Sequence record: MZ501070
From: Escherichia phage GeorgBuechner
DNA: 44,295 bases
Reading direction: 5' to 3' (one strand)
The notes beneath the pieces were generated by a model. The model made no database searches. It saw nothing but the letters and a program-made list of their open reading frames with translations, and was not told the origin of the DNA. The translations under genes were made by a program, and so were the position numbers. Shown here one piece after another: positions 44,166 to 44,295 of the stretch; within the stretch, counting starts at the first letter, position 1; each line of letters starts with the position of its first letter.

Positions 44166-44176
44166 CGGCAGCCAGT

Positions 44177-44212
44177 AAGCCACCCAGCCTGCCGATTTGG
44201 TGGGCTTTTTTG
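44177..44212 (+). terminator. Probable terminator after the last gene of the window
   Basis: Imperfect stem AAGCCACCC ... GGTGGGCTT followed by TTTTTT. Confidence 0.5.
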
Positions 44213-44295
44213 TGCCTGTTATAATCCACCTTAGATGGCAGGGCCGTCTCCTATGTTGCCGATGGTCGGCGCATATGCACAAAAGGGCTTATATC

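Noticed and set aside
1-44295. Search for lysogeny functions (integrase, CI-like repressor, attachment site) and for tRNA genes
   Set aside because: No ORF showed tyrosine or serine recombinase hallmarks and no intergenic region showed tRNA-like T-arm motifs on visual inspection. Absence is by eye only; tRNAscan and HMM searches were not run.

Overview
The window reads as a near-complete, probably virulent, tailed-phage (siphovirus-type) genome of about 44 kb, linearised at the terminase genes. All calls below are made by eye from the sequence and ORF track; no searches or computations were run. Layout: (1) 1-23.7 kb, plus strand, late/structural module: terminase small and large subunits, portal, Mu-F-like head morphogenesis protein, an overlapping Rz/Rz1-like spanin pair, scaffold, major capsid, head-tail joining proteins, major tail protein, tail assembly chaperones with a -1 frameshift, tape measure, lambda-like M/L/K/I/J tail-tip genes, two unknown proteins and a tail fibre with a C-terminal S74-type chaperone domain. 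(2) 23.7-35.8 kb, minus strand, early/replication module: Dam-type N6-adenine methyltransferase, a short C5-cytosine methyltransferase-like protein, HNH-like protein, SNF2/DEAD-like helicase, VRR-NUC nuclease, family A DNA polymerase, gp2.5/DUF2815-like ssDNA-binding protein, Cas4/RecB-like exonuclease and a repeat-containing acidic first gene. (3) 36.2-44.2 kb, plus strand: HTH regulator, primase/helicase, several unknowns, small membrane proteins, GH24-type endolysin, and an HTH-metallophosphoesterase fusion. No integrase or repressor was recognised. The most unusual features are non-coding and accessory: a duplicated ~175 bp element with GCGGGACA iterons and a hairpin (after the chaperone gene and after the primase gene), a 34 bp perfect palindrome, a recurrent GCAACCAAT / ATTGGTTGC motif in at least 11 regulatory regions, a reverse-oriented gene inside the head operon, and a small lipoprotein gene opposite the tail fibre gene.
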